From Klebsormidium nitens (taxonomy: Eukaryota > Plantae > Klebsormidiophyceae), in assembly GCA_000708835.1 (NCBI GenBank), contig DF237130.1, positions 62,001-126,000 of the forward strand: 64,000 bases of DNA, written 5' to 3'. Position 1 is the stretch's first letter. The number at the start of each line of letters is the position of its first letter. Under the pieces are notes generated by a model. It saw only the letters and a program-made list of their open reading frames with translations. It did no database searches and had not been told where the DNA came from. The translations under genes and the position numbers were made by a program. Shown here in pieces: positions 60,655 to 64,000 of the stretch.

Positions 60655-60780
60655 AACAGGCCCGGCGGGGGCCGCGCGGCTCCGACGGCTCGCCGCGCCG
60701 CGGCCTCCGCGCCCGGGCGGCCGGGCAGCGGCCGCGTGACTTACGCGCGCCGCTGGCGGATTCGCGAAAGCGAAGTTTTG
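60655..60780. promoter_or_regulatory. CpG-dense GC-rich patch, probable MET1 promoter/5' region
   Basis: About 23 CG dinucleotides counted by hand in 60661-60750, ~300 bp upstream of the inferred MET1 ATG. Function inferred from position only. Confidence 0.4.
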
Positions 60781-61059
60781 GCGCGAAAGATTCAAAACCA
60801 TTTGCACGAGCAATTTGTGCAACAATTGTCAAGCAGGCGGCTGCATTGATTCATGCATGGTTTCGAATCCAGTCTCAGAGTGGCGTCTTCTACGACTTGC
60901 GGCTGCACGGCCCGTTCGCAGCGCCTGCCCTGACAAGAAAATCAGTTGAACCCCTGATTTGCCATTGTTCTTAGCACTTCATCGCTGCAGGATTGCCAGG
61001 AAGCCGCTTGTGCTGCCCGCTAGAGGGCGGCCTACCAGGAGGGACTCAACGTGTCGAGG

Positions 61060-64000
61060 ATGGCCCCAGGAATGCCTGGCCCAGACAATTACAGTGAGTG
61101 ACTCCAGATACAAGTCTTCTTCGTATGAGTGTCCTCACTATTACATGGTTAGTCCGTGCTCTTGACATTGAGTTTCCTGGCAAGATGGGGTTGAAGTCTG
61201 CCCAGCAGCTCTGAAAGCCGAGAGTTCGAACTCATGCTGCCCTGACGAAGAACACAACTGTTGCATCTTGGCTGATCAAACGCCGACGTTGCCAGTGAAA
61301 GAGCCACAACAGTAGTGGTTCTTCTTTGGTGGTGCTCCTTTTCTACTCATAAGTCACATTCACATGCTGGCGGTTCTGTACTGCTCTGCATTTGTTTGCA
61401 TGGTCATGACATTCAGCTTTTCTTAAGCTGTAGTCATCCATATCAAATGTGATCTGGCAAGTCACTAGGCGACTGTTGCTTTTGCAGCTCAAACTGAAGC
61501 AGTGGTGACCAAGGCCATGGATGCTGCCCCTGCTGTGCCCCTCCGTCCTCGGCGGTCAGCCGCGCCTGCCAGCTTCAAGGAGGAGCGGGTAGACCTGGGG
61601 GAGCGCTACGCCAAGGTGCGTGTGGTCAAGGAGGAGAACGCCGCGGATGAGGACAAGGCTGTCCTTGCAACCAGCAAAGATCTCCCCGGGCCTGTTGGAG
61701 AGCTGCCTCAGCGTCGGCTCCTGGATTTCCAGTTCCAGACTCAGGAGGGCAAGCCGCAGAGTCTAAGTGCAATAGACCGGGAGCCGCTCTTCATCAGTGC
61801 GCTTGTGGTCCCTTTTACTGGCCCACTGGACAAGAAGCACGGAGTGCGCTGCGAGGGCTTCGGCGCTGTAATCGAGTGGAAGCTGGGGGGCGTCGGTGGC
61901 CCGTTGGCGGCCGGCGTGTGGGTGTTCACACAGACGGGAGCGTACCTGTGTGCCAAACCTGCGGGCACGTACAAGCGGCTGTTCACACCGTTTGAGGAGA
62001 TGGCGGAGCTGTGTGCGGAGCTGTACCGTGGGCTGGTCAAGGCGCAGGGGGGGGACCCAGAGGCGAGCCTCGACGAGCTGCTGGCCAAGATTGCCAGGGA
62101 GACCAGCGGCAAGGCAGGGCGCCGCCTGACGCGCGACGCTTTTCTGAAGCACGGGGTGGCCCTTGTGGAGCAGCTCGCCAAGTTGGATAAGAAGGACAAG
62201 AAGGGCAAGGGCACCGCGCTGCTGTGGGAAGCGATGCCCGCGCTAGTGAGCTTGAAGGAGCAGGCGGTGCGCAGGGAAGCAGAGGCGGGGCTGCCCAGCG
62301 TGAATGTGAACGGGGGCATCGTGATCAAGGAGAGGGAGGAGGGAGCGGCGCCGGCGGAGCTGACAGAGGATGAGAAGCTGGCGAGGAAGCTCCAGGCAGA
62401 GGCCAACAAGGTGCCGGGGCAGCGCAGACGGGCAGCGCAGCCCAAGCAGAAGGTGGGCACTCACGGGTGCTGGCGCAGTGTCTGGCCACTTGGGGTTTCT
62501 TGGTTTTCTTGGGTGGTTATATCTTGCAACTCAAACATTGTGCTTCTTTTTCTTTCCTTTTCACGCTTCGTTGGAGCGGAATCACCTGCTGCATTCGTCA
62601 TCGAGCCGGCAAAAAGAGGCGCCGCTTGGGCGAATTGTCCACCATGGTGCCCAGACAATCTAGAAAAGGTTGTGTCAACCTTTCCTGAAAATCTCCTGAC
62701 CTTGCCCGTGCATTTTGCAGGTGTACATCAAGATCAGTGAGGACGAGATTGCAGACGACTACCCCGAGCCCACCTTCTACAAGATGGAGGATGAGGAGAT
62801 GGACGAGTACCTGCTCAACGAGGATGACATCACCTTACCAGAGCACCTCCCACGCAGGTGGGGACCCCCTGATTGCAACTGTTTGCCCTATTCTCGAGTG
62901 TCTCGGTGGAAATCTAGAGTTCTGAACTTGGCAGCCCAAGCTAGAATACATGCAACGCTTCTAAACTCCTTCCATCCATTCTGTCAACGAGTGAAACGCC
63001 AACATAGGCTCTGCAGTTGGCCTGGGATGGTGTGCAGGGCTTAGAGAAGTCAGGACAAATCCGGGTGAAGGAGGATCTAAATTGACAAATTTCTGCACTT
63101 CCTTCTTATTCTCCTGATTTCAGCGGGGGTTCTCGATTTCTATTCGGCAACGACGCCTGAAAGACTGTGCCACGTCTTCATTGCCCTGACCAGGACGTTT
63201 GCGCCCCTTTCCCCAGGATCCTGTCCGACTTTGTGTTCTACAACTCGGACCACCGCCTGATCCCACTCGAGGTACTCCCCATGCTGGCCAACGTGGAGAC
63301 GGATGTTGAGATCTTTGGCTCCGGCCAAATGACCGAGGACGACGGGAACGCCGACTGGCAAGGGGAGGAGGCTGTCCTCGAAGTTGCTCCAGGCCCTGTC
63401 ACCACTGCGGATGCTTCCGGAAGTGGCGCCGGCAGCTCAGCAGCCGGTGCCTCCTCTTCTGGCGGGGCCTCTTCCTCTGCTGGGGCCGGCTCTTCCTCTG
63501 GCGCGGGGGGTTCTTCCGCCAGCGGAAGCGCCCCCTCAGAGAAGGAGGGCATCCGGCTGTACCTGGGCGCGGTGAAGGAGTGGATGATCGAGTTTGGCGC
63601 GGGCATGCTGTTCCTGTCCATTCGCACGGACGGTGCCTGGTATCGGCTCAGCCAGCCCTCACCGCAGTATGAGCGCTGGTACCAGCCCGTGCTCAAGACG
63701 GCACGCCTAGCGGTGAGGCAGCGCCACACAGTGGTCGTTGGTTGTTAACAAGGGTTCGTAGAGGATAAACGTGCTAGTTTAGCCTGGAACAATTCCATGC
63801 TTTCGGTTTTCAGGCATGGAGGTGCCCGATGTTGATCAAAGTTAGCACCTTTTCCGATACAAGCAGCACAGAGGACTGTCCGGGAGCAGGAACTTGGTTC
63901 CGAAGCAGGGGAAAACAACACCCACGCAGTAACCAGGATGGATATAAAACCCTTGACTTTTTTCACTGAATTCTGGAAAAGGGGGCAGAGACGTCACCAA
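61060..64000 (+). CDS. MET1: DNA (cytosine-5)-methyltransferase MET1/DNMT1, N-terminal part with two RFTS (DNMT1-RFD) domains; continues past window end
   Basis: Exons 61060-61093, 61488-62452, 62721-62857 and 63217-63712 in frame. First RFD: RRLLDFQF...GVRCEGFGAVIEW...KPAGTYKRLF. Linker: VYIKISEDEIADDYPEP. Second RFD: LPRRILSDFVFYN...LYLGAVKEWMIEFG...LSIRTDGAWYRLSQPSPQYERWYQPVLKTARLA. Two tandem RFDs are typical of plant MET1. Confidence 0.93.

Noticed and set aside
60858-60875. GTTTCGAATCC as a tRNA T-loop
   Set aside because: No cloverleaf, D-arm or acceptor stem in the flanks. No tRNA, rRNA or snRNA was recognised anywhere in the window.
61060-64000. Transposon-borne DNA methyltransferase
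   Set aside because: Canonical plant MET1 layout with two RFDs and introns; no RT, integrase or LTR seen nearby.

Overview
Eukaryotic, intron-rich nuclear DNA with canonical GT-AG introns and GC-rich exons. A green-plant lineage is indicated by the plant-type MET1, fructokinase and gamma-glutamyl hydrolase; a streptophyte alga such as Klebsormidium is plausible but is my inference only. Housekeeping genes: FIP1 (-), an intronless organellar tyrosyl-tRNA synthetase (+), a ~2,400-aa coiled-coil protein (-), mitochondrial-type ribosomal protein bL27 (-), LSM8 (+), fructokinase (-), gamma-glutamyl hydrolase (+) and the 5' part of MET1/DNMT1 (+, runs off the right edge). There is also a disrupted F-box/kelch-like pseudogene and a few small repeats and inverted repeats. 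The most notable feature is a divergently oriented pair of secreted-protein genes. Gene A (4979-16342, -, 13 exons, 1029 aa by manual splicing) encodes signal peptide + lamin-tail-like domain (LTD) + OB-fold-like region + intact EEP nuclease of bacterial ExeM/NucH type. Gene B (25394-31327, +, 8 exons, 496 aa) encodes signal peptide + a different LTD and has no nuclease. Both end in Thr/Pro stalks carrying two copies of the same Cys-rich module that I do not recognise (PVGGxC-x9-C-x9-CC-x3-C-x9/10-C). All four copies are split by a phase-0 intron at the same Q^C position. Gene models were spliced by eye with frame checks; no database searches were run.
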